Assembly (NCBI GenBank): GCA_040767085.1
Contig: JAXGPF010000006.1
Coordinates: 1 to 64,000 of the forward strand
DNA: 64,000 bases
Direction of reading: 5' to 3'
Source of the DNA: Kiritimatiellia bacterium
GTDB lineage: Bacteria > Verrucomicrobiota > Kiritimatiellia > JAAZAB01
Position numbers and translations under genes: made by a program. Below the pieces are notes generated by a model. It was not told the DNA's origin. It searched no databases and saw only the letters and a list, made by a program, of their open reading frames with translations. Shown piece by piece: positions 1 through 9,561 of this stretch; the first letter of the stretch is position 1, and each line of letters opens with the position of its first letter.

Positions 1-501
1 GCCGGCCCGACTGCCGATGACGACGAATGGACCTTCCAATTGCAGGCCCGACTGCCGTTGTTTGAAGGCGGGCGGCAGGTGTTTTCCGTCAAACGCGCGC
101 GGGCGCAACTCGAGCAGTTGCGCCGGACGCGGCAACGCGCCGACCAGCTGACGGAGCGCAACATCCGCGCCGCGCTTTACGGCATTTTCAGTTCCTATCC
201 CAACATGCATTTGCAGCGGACCGCCGCGGATTATTCCCGGCGCAACCTGGAAGTGATCCGCGAAAAGTACGGCCGCGGCACCGTCTCCATCCTCGACCTG
301 CTGGACGCGCAAAACCAGTCCTTCACCGCCACCCAGAATGCCGCGCTGGCGGTTTACAGCTTCCTGCGGGACATCTACACCCTGCAGCGGACAATTTCCT
401 GGTTTGAATTCAACCACAGCGAAGCGGAAAAAGACGCCTGGGTGCGCCAGTTCGCCGCCTTCCGCGGGAACGTTTCCCGCGCCCCGGCCGGCCGCCGCTG
501 A
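1..501 (+). CDS. TolC-family outer membrane efflux protein, C-terminal fragment (5' end outside window)
   Basis: Frame 1 is open from base 1. LPLFEGG and KYGRGTVSILDLLDAQ are typical OEP/TolC motifs, and the ORF lies upstream of the MFP and RND genes. Confidence 0.85.
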   Translation, partial: AGPTADDDEWTFQLQARLPLFEGGRQVFSVKRARAQLEQLRRTRQRADQLTERNIRAALYGIFSSYPNMHLQRTAADYSRRNLEVIREKYGRGTVSILDLLDAQNQSFTATQNAALAVYSFLRDIYTLQRTISWFEFNHSEAEKDAWVRQFAAFRGNVSRAPAGRR

Positions 502-504
502 TCG

Positions 505-640
505 CTGTTCGGTGTTCCTGGTTGCAGAGGTTGAATCAGGTTCAACGGTTGTTTGAGGTTGGCATGGGCTCGGTCTTAGCGACGGCAGATTGTGGCCAGC
601 AACCTTAACACCCTAACACCTTAAACCTTAAAACCTTAAA
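505..640 (-). repeat. Dispersed intergenic element A, copy 1 (core GTTGAA-N5-TTCAAC at 530-546, AACCTTA-like tandem tract at 601-640)
   Basis: The reverse complement CCAACCTCAAACAACCGTTGAACCTGATTCAACCTCTGCAACC matches the copies at about 9456, 34294 and 42062. Confidence 0.9.
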
Positions 641-658
641 ATAAAAGGGAAAGAAAAT

Positions 659-1747
659 ATGCGTCCAAAATCAAACCTTATCGTTGCCGCCCTGCGCTGC
701 CTGTGGCCGGCCCTCCTGGCGGCGGCGCCGGGTTGCGCCCGCAAAGCCGAACCTCCGCCGCCGGTCATCCGGCCGGTGGTGACCATGACCGTGCCGGCCG
801 CCGGCCAGGCCGCCCAACGCGCGTTTTCCGGCGCCGCCCGCGCCGCCTTACAGACGCCGTTAAGTTTCCGGGTCGGCGGCGAAATCATCCAGTTGCCCGC
901 GCGGCGCGGCCAATCGGTCAAGGCCGGCGCATTGATCGCGCGGCTGGATTCGCGCGATTACGAACTGCAGGCCAAACAGAGCGAGGCGCAGCTGGCGCAG
1001 GCCGCCGCCCAACTCGAGCAGGCCCAGGCGCAATACCAACGGGCGCGCCAGCTTTACGAAACCAGGAACATCAGCAAAAGCGAACTGGATGCCAACGAGG
1101 CGGCGTTTAAATCGGCCCAAGCCCAGCAGGAATTAACCCGGCAAGCCCTCGCCCTCGCGCAACAGCAACTGGAATACTGCGAATTGCGCGCCCCGGTGGA
1201 CGGCGCGCTGGCCGCCGTACCGGTTGAACTTCACCAGACCGTCGCCGCCGGGCAGACGGTGGCCAACATCAGTGCCGGCGACTTGATCGAAATCGAAGTG
1301 GGCATCCCCGAAATCCTGATCGGCCAGATCGCCGCCGGGCAGCCCGCCGAAGTCGTTTTCGAGGCCATCCCCGGCATCCGGTTCGCCGGGCAGGCGGCTG
1401 AAATCGGCATTGAAATCGGCGCCGGGGGCGCCTACCCCGTCAAAGTGCGCTTGCATCAGCCCGATCCCCGCATCCGGGCGGGCATGCTGGGCGAGGCTTT
1501 TTTCGATTTTCCCACCGGGGGCACCCTCCGCATTCCGCCGGCCGCCGTCGTGCCGGCGCCGGACGGCGGGCGGCATGTCTGGATTTACAACGAGACGGAC
1601 CGCACGGTCCGCCGCCGCGCCGTCCGGATCGGCGACCTGTCTTCGGACGGCCTGGCCGTGCTGGACGGGCTGCGGCCTGGCGAGCGCATCGTGATCCGCG
1701 GCGTCAACCGCATGGAAGAAGGCATGCGGGTAAAATTAATGGAATGA
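659..1747 (+). CDS. RND efflux periplasmic adaptor (membrane fusion protein), probable lipoprotein
   Basis: LSFRVGGEI, GQSVKAGALIARLD, a coiled hairpin, LRAPVDG and GLRPGERIV motifs; the signal ends in APGC. Confidence 0.92.
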   Translation: MRPKSNLIVAALRCLWPALLAAAPGCARKAEPPPPVIRPVVTMTVPAAGQAAQRAFSGAARAALQTPLSFRVGGEIIQLPARRGQSVKAGALIARLDSRDYELQAKQSEAQLAQAAAQLEQAQAQYQRARQLYETRNISKSELDANEAAFKSAQAQQELTRQALALAQQQLEYCELRAPVDGALAAVPVELHQTVAAGQTVANISAGDLIEIEVGIPEILIGQIAAGQPAEVVFEAIPGIRFAGQAAEIGIEIGAGGAYPVKVRLHQPDPRIRAGMLGEAFFDFPTGGTLRIPPAAVVPAPDGGRHVWIYNETDRTVRRRAVRIGDLSSDGLAVLDGLRPGERIVIRGVNRMEEGMRVKLME

Positions 1748-1751
1748 CGCC

Positions 1752-4700
1752 ATGAATATCGCCAGCTGGTTCATCAAAAACAACCGCACGGCCGCCGTGG
1801 CGCTGCTGCTGATCGCCCTGGCCGGGATGCATGCGTTCCTCACCATTTCGCGCCTGGAAGACCCGGAATTCACCATCCGCGTCGCCGTGGTCTGCGCCTG
1901 GCTGCCCGGCGCCTCGCCCCAGAAGGTCGAGGAACTGATCACCGACCCCATCGAGAAGAAAATCCAGGAGATGCCGGAAGTGGACCACATCACTTCGCAA
2001 TCCCTGAACGGCATGTCGCTGGTGATGGTGGAAATTCTGCCGAAATACTACGATATGCAGCCGATCTGGACCAAGCTGCGCGACAAGATTGACGATATCC
2101 GCCCCAGCCTGCCGGCCGGCGTGCAGGGGCCGGTCGTCAACGACGAGTTCGGCGATGTCTTCCCCGTTGTGATCGCCGTCACCGGCGACGGATTCAGCTA
2201 CCGCGAAATCAAGGATTACGCCGAGCAGGCGCGCGACCGGCTGCTGCGCCTGGATGCCGTGGCCAAAGTCCAGGTTTACGGCACGCAGGCGGAGCGTATT
2301 TTCATCGAATTTTCCAACGCACGCCTGGCGGAACTGGGGCTGACTCCAGCGCAGTTGGCCGATATTTTAAAGGCGCAAAACGTGCTCCAGCCGGGCGGTG
2401 TCGCCCTGGTGGACGGCGAACGCGTGACCATTGAAGCCACCGGCGAATTCCAGACTGTCCGGCAGATCGGCCAGGTCTCCCTGCACGCGCCCGGCCGCGC
2501 GGAAGCAGTGTGCCTGCGCGACATCGCCGACATCCGCCGGGGATTCGTGGACCCGCCGACCACCCTGACGCGTTTCAACGGCGCGCCCTGCCTGATGCTG
2601 GCCGTCAGCATGACCGCGGGCATGAAAGTGACCGACATGGGCCGGGCCGTGCAGTCGGCCATCGCGCAAATCCAGGCGGCCCAGCCGCATGGCGTGGATT
2701 ACCACACCTTCCTCTACCAGCCGAAATACGTGGACCGCGCCATCGGCGAATTGATGGGCAACCTGCGGGAAGCTTTTCTTTACGTGGTGCTGGTGATGCT
2801 GGTGTTCGCCGGGCTCCGCCTGGGGCTGATCGCCGGGCTGCTGGTGCCCATGGCCATGCTGATGTGCATCGCCCTGATGCCGCATTTCGGCATCAAGCTG
2901 CAGAGCGTTTCCATCGCCTCGCTGATCATCGCCCTCGGCATGCTGGTGGACAACGGCATTGTGACCAGCGAAAACATCCTCGTGCGCCTGTCCAACGGCG
3001 AGGAAAGGCTGGCGGCGTGCGCCGGCGCCGTCCGCGAACTCTGGCTGCCGCTCCTGACCTCCTCCCTGACCACCATTGTCGCCTTCCTGCCCATTGCCAT
3101 CGCCGACTCGGATGTCGGGGAATTCTGCCGCTCCATCTTCCAGGTGGTGGCCCTGACGCTGCTCTGCTCGTGGCTGCTTTCCATCACCATGATCCCCATG
3201 CTCTGTTATTATTTCCTGCAGCCCAAGCGCCGGATCCAGCGGTTTGACGGCCGGTTTTACCGCCAGTACCGCGCGCTGCTGCTGTGGTGTCTGCGCCGCC
3301 GGGCCATCCTGCTGGGGGCAACCGGCGCGTGCCTGGCGCTCGCGCTCTGGGCATTCCGCTTCGTGCCCGCCATGTTTTTTCCGCCCAGCGAGCGCGAAAT
3401 GGCGCTGGTGGATTTCTGGATGCCGTACGGCACGGACATCCGCGCCACCCGCGCCCGCGTGGAGAAGCTGGAAAAATTCCTGCTGGACGACACCAACGTG
3501 GTCAGCGTCGGCTCGTTCATCGGCGAGGGCGGTCCGCGCTGGATGCTCAGCCTGAACATCGAGCAGGAAAATCCCAACTACGCCAACCTGATCGTCACCG
3601 CCCGCGACCAGGAGGCCGTGGACCCCCTGATCGTCCGCGTGCAGAATTTCCTGGACGCCGCCGTGCCCGAGTGCCGCCATACGGTCAAGAAACTCGAAAC
3701 CGGTCCGCCGGTCGGCGCGCCCGTGAAAATCCGGGTTGCCGGCGCCGACCTGGATGTCATTTACCGGCTGCGCGATAAAATCGCGCAGACAATCGCCGCG
3801 GTGCCCGGCGTGGTCAATATCCGCGACGACTGGGGCGAATGGAACAAAAAAATGGAGATCGCGGTGAACCAGGAACAGGCCAAGCAGGCCGGTTTCAGCA
3901 GTTACGATATCGCCGCCTCGCTGCAGGCCCAGATTTCCGGCCTGACCGCCACGGACCTGCGCGAAGGCCGCGAGCTGATTCCCATCGAAATCCGCGCCCA
4001 GGGCGCTTACCGCGAAGACCTGGGCCGCATCGAAGACATGCGCATCTATTCCTACCAGAATTCCAGTTCGGCGCCGCTGCTGCAAATGGCCCGCGCCCGT
4101 TTCACCTGGGAACCGAGCAACATCCGCCGGCGCGACAAACTCCGCACCATGGAAATCCAGACCGACGTCTCCGGCCGGTTCGCTTCGGAAGTCCTGGCCG
4201 ACATCATGCCGCGCGTCCGCGCCCTGGCGGAGGCCCCCGGCTGGCCGGCTGGCTACAGCCTGGAGTTCGGCGGCGAGAATGCCGAAAGCGAGAAGGCGCA
4301 AAATTCGATCATGGCCGGCCTGCCCCTGGCCGTCGCCCTGCTGGCGCTGATCCTGATCTACCAGTTCAACTCCCTGCGCCGGCCGCTGATCATCATGCTG
4401 ACGGTGCCGCCGATGCTGGTGGGCGTCGTCTTCGGCCTGTTACTCACCAAAACTCCCTTCGGTTTCATGGCCTTCCTGGGACTGATCAGCCTGATGGGCG
4501 TGATCGTCAACAACGCCATCATGATGATCGACCGGATGGACATCGAACGCGCCGCCGGGCAGTCCTGGCAGGACGCCATCGTCGTTTCCGCCCAGCGCCG
4601 CCTGCGGCCAATCCTGATGACCGCCATCACCACCATCATCGGGCTTCTGCCGCTGGCGCTCAAGGGCGGCGCCTTGTGGCGGCCGATGGCCAACACCATC

Positions 4701-4832
4701 ATGTTCGGCCTGGGCTTCGCCACACTGCTGACGCTCCTGCTCTGCCCGGTCTTCTGCGCGCTCTTATTCCGCGCCGATTTCCGCGGCTACCGCTGGGACC
4801 CCGCCGCCCTGGACCGCAGCCAGGGCGAATGA
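1752..4832 (+). CDS. RND efflux transporter permease (AcrB/AcrD/AcrF family)
   Basis: 1026 aa with EDPEF, PGASPQKVEELIT, IALGMLVDNGIV, GVIVNNAI and RLRPILMT motifs. Confidence 0.95.
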   Translation: MNIASWFIKNNRTAAVALLLIALAGMHAFLTISRLEDPEFTIRVAVVCAWLPGASPQKVEELITDPIEKKIQEMPEVDHITSQSLNGMSLVMVEILPKYYDMQPIWTKLRDKIDDIRPSLPAGVQGPVVNDEFGDVFPVVIAVTGDGFSYREIKDYAEQARDRLLRLDAVAKVQVYGTQAERIFIEFSNARLAELGLTPAQLADILKAQNVLQPGGVALVDGERVTIEATGEFQTVRQIGQVSLHAPGRAEAVCLRDIADIRRGFVDPPTTLTRFNGAPCLMLAVSMTAGMKVTDMGRAVQSAIAQIQAAQPHGVDYHTFLYQPKYVDRAIGELMGNLREAFLYVVLVMLVFAGLRLGLIAGLLVPMAMLMCIALMPHFGIKLQSVSIASLIIALGMLVDNGIVTSENILVRLSNGEERLAACAGAVRELWLPLLTSSLTTIVAFLPIAIADSDVGEFCRSIFQVVALTLLCSWLLSITMIPMLCYYFLQPKRRIQRFDGRFYRQYRALLLWCLRRRAILLGATGACLALALWAFRFVPAMFFPPSEREMALVDFWMPYGTDIRATRARVEKLEKFLLDDTNVVSVGSFIGEGGPRWMLSLNIEQENPNYANLIVTARDQEAVDPLIVRVQNFLDAAVPECRHTVKKLETGPPVGAPVKIRVAGADLDVIYRLRDKIAQTIAAVPGVVNIRDDWGEWNKKMEIAVNQEQAKQAGFSSYDIAASLQAQISGLTATDLREGRELIPIEIRAQGAYREDLGRIEDMRIYSYQNSSSAPLLQMARARFTWEPSNIRRRDKLRTMEIQTDVSGRFASEVLADIMPRVRALAEAPGWPAGYSLEFGGENAESEKAQNSIMAGLPLAVALLALILIYQFNSLRRPLIIMLTVPPMLVGVVFGLLLTKTPFGFMAFLGLISLMGVIVNNAIMMIDRMDIERAAGQSWQDAIVVSAQRRLRPILMTAITTIIGLLPLALKGGALWRPMANTIMFGLGFATLLTLLLCPVFCALLFRADFRGYRWDPAALDRSQGE

Positions 4833-4860
4833 CGCCGCTGTCAGGATTCAGGATGCGGTG

Positions 4861-4882
4861 TTTCAAAACGTTAGTATTGAAA
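4861..4882. repeat. 22-bp palindrome family B, copy 1 (TTTCAAAAC-GTTA-GTATTGAAA)
   Basis: Matches the copies at 21706, 47922 and 48054. Confidence 0.7.
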
Positions 4883-4892
4883 GCTTAAACGC

Positions 4893-4921
4893 TTGTCTTT
4901 GCGGTTTCAAGCTGCTATATG
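4893..4921 (+). promoter_or_regulatory. Putative sigma70-type promoter for the STAS gene operon
   Basis: TTGTCT, 17 bp spacer, TATATG with an extended -10 TG; about 50 bp upstream of the ATG at 4970. Confidence 0.4.
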
Positions 4922-4969
4922 TAACCAAACCTCCGCCAACCGAAACCAACACCAACCACGGACGGCCCG

Positions 4970-5281
4970 ATGGAAATTCAATACAATGCTGACAGCGAAA
5001 CGCTGACCGCCCGCCTGCAGGGCCGCCTGGATACCCTGGCCTGCCGGGAGTTGACGGAGGCCCTGGACCGGCAATGGGCGGACGGCGCGGCCGCGGGCGA
5101 ACGCTTGCGCGCGGTTTTCGACCTGGCCGGCGTGGATTTCGTTTTCTCGGCTTTTTTCCGCGTCTGCATGAGCACGGCCCGGCGCCTGGCGCCCGGCCAT
5201 TTCGCGATCGTCAACGCCAGCCAGGAAGTCAAACGGGCTTTTCACCTGGTGGAACTGGATTATTTTTTTCAAGTCAATTAG
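4970..5281 (+). CDS. STAS-domain protein (anti-sigma factor antagonist-like)
   Basis: LQGRLD, VFDLAGVDFVFSAFFRV and VKRAFHLVEL match the SpoIIAA/RsbV STAS pattern. Confidence 0.85.
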   Translation: MEIQYNADSETLTARLQGRLDTLACRELTEALDRQWADGAAAGERLRAVFDLAGVDFVFSAFFRVCMSTARRLAPGHFAIVNASQEVKRAFHLVELDYFFQVN

Positions 5282-5293
5282 GAGGAGCTGCTG

Positions 5294-8245
5294 ATGCGCT
5301 GTTCATCATTCAAGCCCGGATTGCTGGCGTTGGGATTGGCCGCGGCGGCCGCGGCCGGATTGGCCGAACCGGTCAAGGTGGCGGTATTTAAAACCGGGTT
5401 CGGCGCCCAGGCCGTGCTGGAGGCGCTGAAAAAAGACGCCGGCATGCAGCCTGTGCTGCTCCAAAAAATCACGGCCGATGCTTTGCTGCAGTACGACGCG
5501 CTCTATATCGGCAGCACCAGCCTGGAGCAGCCGGAACAAATCAAAAGCGTCAAAATCTTCGTCAATTGCGGCGGCGGTTTGATCCTGAACCACGCCGCCT
5601 GCGGCCGCTACCGGCCGGAGACGCTTTTCCCGGCCATCGCCCGGAAAGTCCTGGACCGGCGCGATGACAGCATCCTGCGGGTGAAGGATGCGGACCACCC
5701 CCTGGCCGCCGGCCTGCCGGCGGAATTCGAACACGCCTTCAACGATCACCTCTTCCTGGAGCCCGGCCCGGCGGGAACCGCGGTGTTAGCCGACCGGGAA
5801 GGCGCGGACGTGGCCGTGGCCGGCACGGCTGGCGCGGGCCGGGTGGTCTTCAACGGCGCGCTGCCGGGTTATTGGTACGATCCGACGGATTACAAGCAAG
5901 CTGAGAAGCCCCCGGAAGGGGCGGAGTTGCAATGGATTTTGAACGCCGTCAATTGGGCGGCGGGCGCGCCCCGTTTAACCGGATTGCCGGCCGGGGAACT
6001 GGCCGCCCGGCGCCGTCAGGCGGAAGCCGATATCCAATACGCCGAACTCGCCGCCCACCTGCCCAATACCGACTGGTTCGGCAATGAAATGCTCCTCGGC
6101 AGTTACCTGGCCCTGCCGCCGGTGACCGAAATCGGCGGCCGGTTTTTCATCACTTACGACGACATGTGCTGGCAGCGTGTGCGCGGCGATTTAACTGAAC
6201 CCGGCCTGCGGGAATTTTTCCTGAACCGGCTGCGCCTGGACGTGCAGCAACTCAAATGGCTGGGGATCACCGATATCATTTACTGGGTGGACATGTCCTG
6301 CGAGCGCGTGTGGCACGAAACGGCGGTGCCGGATTCCGAACAGATGCGGCCGGGATTGGACGCGCTGGCGGAACTGATCAAGACCGCCACGCCCGCGGGC
6401 ATCAACGTGTGGGCCGCCTGGCATTCCTGCTCGCGCTCCAAGGCCTTCGCGGAAAAATACTGCGCGCGCGACGACACCGGCGCATTTTACCTGTACGGCG
6501 GCAACAATTACGTGGAAGACCTGCTGAACCCGGCCACGCTCAACCGCAACAAGCTGATGCTCGACGAATACGCGGACAAGTACGCGCCGTTGGGCAATTT
6601 CAAGGGCCTGTTCACCTTTGACGAGTTATGGTTCAATTACGTTGATTTTCACCAGGATGACTTGCCGGCGATGGACCGCTTCTGCCGGGAACGGTTCGGC
6701 GAGGGCTTGCCCGATGATTTTGCCGCCAAGCTGACCCAACGCACCCGCTGGAAGGCCTCCGATCCCTGGCGCCGGCGTTATATCCTTTTCAAGCAGCAAG
6801 TCATGACCGACTTTTTCCGGGAACTGGTGGCGCATGCCCACCAGCGCGGATTGCAGATGGGCGTCACCACGATTTACCTGCCCGGGAAATGGTATTTCGG
6901 CATGGATAACGCCGCGCTTTCGCGCCTGGGGGCGGATTACATTATCGGCGCCGCGAAGGGCTATCCCGCCAGCATGCAGTGGACGCATATTTACAATACC
7001 TGGGGGCATTATACTACCGCCAACCTGCTGGGCGGACCGGGCGGATTGATGTTCACCTTCAATCATCTCTGGCGGCTGATCACGTACGGCAACGATCCGC
7101 ATTACGCCCGCGAGTTCGCCCGCCATGTTTACGCCATGCGCCTGTTCGCCGATTCCCAGCCGCTGGCGCGCGTGGCGTTCCTCGAAAATCATCAGGCGCT
7201 GGAAATGCTGGCGCCGGACCCGATCCCCCCGTGGAACCGCCTGGAGGTCTTGTGCCAGACGGCGCAGCGCCGGCAGCATGTCCGGCGGATTTACAGCCAG
7301 GCGGCCGAATTGTTCCAGGATTACCGCGTGCTGGTGGCCGAGCCCTACGCCGTCCGGGGCCTGCCGGCGGAAGCCCTGGCGGGGTTGCGGAGCTTCATTG
7401 AAAACGGCGGCGTCGTGGTCGCGCTGGATGCCGACTGGAGCAGCGCCCGGGCGGACATGGCAGAGGAAAAGAACTGCACCGCGGAGATGGCCGGCATAGT
7501 GTACGGCGCGGCGGCGCCGCCGGCGGCGGCCGCTTTCGAGTGGCAAGGGCAGACCATTGCGCTCGCGCCCGAAACGCCCCGGCGGCTTGCCCAGGCCGAC
7601 ACGGGCGCGGCCGTGCTGGCTGCGTTCAGCGATGGCACCCCGGCGGTGACCGCAAAAACCATCGGCAAGGGCAAAGTGGTGGCGCTGCATTTCGACGCGG
7701 GCGCGGAACTGTCCAAACCCATGGGCAATGCCGCCCTGGCCGCGGCCTTCACCGCCTGCCTGGACGAATACGCCCAGCCGCCGGTCTCCATCAGCGGGGA
7801 AGGCGTCGAGTTGCGGTCGGCCCTGCGGAAGGGGAACTGGCTGGCGGTGGCGCTGTTTCCCGAGCGGCCGCCGGCAGCGGCGGTGCTGCAGGTGGATGTG
7901 GCGGCCCTGGGCATCGAAAAAAAGGCGTTCCGGCTGCTGATGCTGGGTAAGCAGATGGAAATTTCCCGGCCGGGCGACTTCTGGGGCAATTCCGGCTTCT
8001 GGACGCCGGAAGATTTGAAAAAAGGTTTCACGGTCAGCCTGCCGGAAGATCACCGGCGCTTTCTCCCGCTGCCGGATAAGTTCGACCTGTCGGACTTCAC
8101 CGGCAAGCGCGGCCAGACGGCAGCCGCGTATGTTGACAAGGTCACCCGCGACTGGTGGGACAGCGAGAAACGCGGCAAGCGCAAACGCGATTATGCCCAT
8201 GAACTCGTGGTGATTGCCCCGGCCGATGAACCGGCCATGCCATAA
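5294..8245 (+). CDS. Secreted multidomain putative glycoside hydrolase (ThuA/GATase-like N-domain, GHL10/GH42-like TIM barrel, trimerisation-like domain)
   Basis: Signal peptide; GGAG-rich RBS; DHPLAAGLP...GAGRVVF; DALAELIKTATPAGINVWAAW; LRSFIENGGVVV...GTPAVTAKTIGKGKVV. Confidence 0.6.
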   Translation: MRCSSFKPGLLALGLAAAAAAGLAEPVKVAVFKTGFGAQAVLEALKKDAGMQPVLLQKITADALLQYDALYIGSTSLEQPEQIKSVKIFVNCGGGLILNHAACGRYRPETLFPAIARKVLDRRDDSILRVKDADHPLAAGLPAEFEHAFNDHLFLEPGPAGTAVLADREGADVAVAGTAGAGRVVFNGALPGYWYDPTDYKQAEKPPEGAELQWILNAVNWAAGAPRLTGLPAGELAARRRQAEADIQYAELAAHLPNTDWFGNEMLLGSYLALPPVTEIGGRFFITYDDMCWQRVRGDLTEPGLREFFLNRLRLDVQQLKWLGITDIIYWVDMSCERVWHETAVPDSEQMRPGLDALAELIKTATPAGINVWAAWHSCSRSKAFAEKYCARDDTGAFYLYGGNNYVEDLLNPATLNRNKLMLDEYADKYAPLGNFKGLFTFDELWFNYVDFHQDDLPAMDRFCRERFGEGLPDDFAAKLTQRTRWKASDPWRRRYILFKQQVMTDFFRELVAHAHQRGLQMGVTTIYLPGKWYFGMDNAALSRLGADYIIGAAKGYPASMQWTHIYNTWGHYTTANLLGGPGGLMFTFNHLWRLITYGNDPHYAREFARHVYAMRLFADSQPLARVAFLENHQALEMLAPDPIPPWNRLEVLCQTAQRRQHVRRIYSQAAELFQDYRVLVAEPYAVRGLPAEALAGLRSFIENGGVVVALDADWSSARADMAEEKNCTAEMAGIVYGAAAPPAAAAFEWQGQTIALAPETPRRLAQADTGAAVLAAFSDGTPAVTAKTIGKGKVVALHFDAGAELSKPMGNAALAAAFTACLDEYAQPPVSISGEGVELRSALRKGNWLAVALFPERPPAAAVLQVDVAALGIEKKAFRLLMLGKQMEISRPGDFWGNSGFWTPEDLKKGFTVSLPEDHRRFLPLPDKFDLSDFTGKRGQTAAAYVDKVTRDWWDSEKRGKRKRDYAHELVVIAPADEPAMP

Positions 8246-8434
8246 CCCTGACCGTTGCTCCGGGATGGAAAACAGCAGGGTGCGCCGCCTTTTCCAAAAC
8301 GACCCCGCCCCGGGCAGCGCTCCGGGTGGCGGGATCGGCGATTGACATACCCCCCGCCGTTTGACAGGCTATGCCGCAGTTTGCGGGCGGCGGCATTTGC
8401 GGCGGCCCGCCGTGATCATACTGGAGGAACCACG

Positions 8435-9385
8435 ATGAAGGAATTCGAATTCGCCCCCGCTCCCTGGCTGCCGTCCCGCGATCCCGCCATGCTGGAAAGG
8501 GTGCGCAACATCCCGCGCGAACGGATGGAATACACCAACGAGCATGGTTATTCCGTCAAAATCGTGCTGGACCCCACGCTGCTGTTCGTCATGGACGTCT
8601 TCCACCGGATCAGCGAAAGCGACCGCCGGGACCAGCCGTTGACCATGATTTTCCCCAACCAGTGGCCGCACGCTTACACCAGCATCGCCGAGATGCTTAA
8701 CCGGTACAACGTCAATTGCCGGAACGTGCATGCCTTCGCCATGGACGAGTGGGCCGATGAAAACGGGCGCGTTGCGCCGCTGACTTACGGCGCAGGCCTG
8801 GGTTACTCCTTCCGCAATCATTTCTACGCGCAAATCCGGCCGGACCTGCGTCCCGACATTGAACATTGGCATGTCTTCACCGATGCAAACGTCAACGATT
8901 ACTCCAAAATCATCGAAGACGCGGGCGGCGGCGGCGCGGACGTGATGTACACCGCCACCGGCTGGCCCGGGCACACGGCATTCATCGATCCCGGCACGAG
9001 CGAATTTGCCGCCGGCTCCCTGGAGGAATTTCTCAAACTCGGTTCCCGGATCGTCACCACGACGCCGCTGACTGTCTGCGAAAACTCGCTCTTCGCGCCG
9101 ATGGGCAATTCCGGCGATGTCTGGGCCGTGCCTTACCGGGCCGCCACCATCGGCCCGCGCGACATCGTCAACGCTCGTTACCGGTTCGAGATGCACAACA
9201 TCACCTTCCCCGGCAGCACCGCCACGTGGCAGCGGATGATCTCGCGGATCGAATTGTACGGCCCGATTTCGATGGAATGCCCCGCCTCGATCATGCGGCT
9301 GGGGCCCGGCATCTGCTACGTCAGCGAGGCGATCGCCAAGCCGTTCGGCAGCTGGAAATGCGGCATTGCCAACCAGGACATGTGA
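8435..9385 (+). CDS. Divergent glucosamine-6-phosphate isomerase/deaminase (NagB)-like protein
   Basis: RBS GGAGG at 8423. HAFAMDEWAD, YSKIIEDAGGGGADV, GWPGHTAFIDP and AATIGPRDI resemble NagB motifs. Confidence 0.7.
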   Translation: MKEFEFAPAPWLPSRDPAMLERVRNIPRERMEYTNEHGYSVKIVLDPTLLFVMDVFHRISESDRRDQPLTMIFPNQWPHAYTSIAEMLNRYNVNCRNVHAFAMDEWADENGRVAPLTYGAGLGYSFRNHFYAQIRPDLRPDIEHWHVFTDANVNDYSKIIEDAGGGGADVMYTATGWPGHTAFIDPGTSEFAAGSLEEFLKLGSRIVTTTPLTVCENSLFAPMGNSGDVWAVPYRAATIGPRDIVNARYRFEMHNITFPGSTATWQRMISRIELYGPISMECPASIMRLGPGICYVSEAIAKPFGSWKCGIANQDM

Positions 9386-9400
9386 GAGGATTGCATAACC

Positions 9401-9513
9401 CGGGTTTTGAAGGCTTTAAGGTGTTGGGTTTTAAGGTATTACGCCTGAACCAATTCCAGCCTCAAACAACCGTTGAACCAGATTCAACCTCTGGCAACCC
9501 GAACACGGAACAC
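9401..9513 (+). repeat. Dispersed intergenic element A, copy 2
   Basis: TTTAAGG-like tract, then CCAGCCTCAAACAACCGTTGAACCAGATTCAACCTCTGGCAACCC, then GAACACGGAACAC. Confidence 0.9.
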
Positions 9514-9561
9514 ATTGAAAGCGGCGCGTGCGCATCAGTCTGAAGCCGGCCCCGGCGGGAG

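Noticed and set aside
505-640. Element A as integron attC sites or CRISPR repeats
   Set aside because: It lacks paired RYYYAAC/GTTRRRY ends. Copies are 8-25 kb apart next to housekeeping genes, and no integrase is present.
8866-9543. ORFs sharing the peptide QPQTTVEPDSTSGNP (also 34208-34534)
   Set aside because: This is incidental translation of repeat element A. The ORFs overlap real genes and have shadow-ORF composition.
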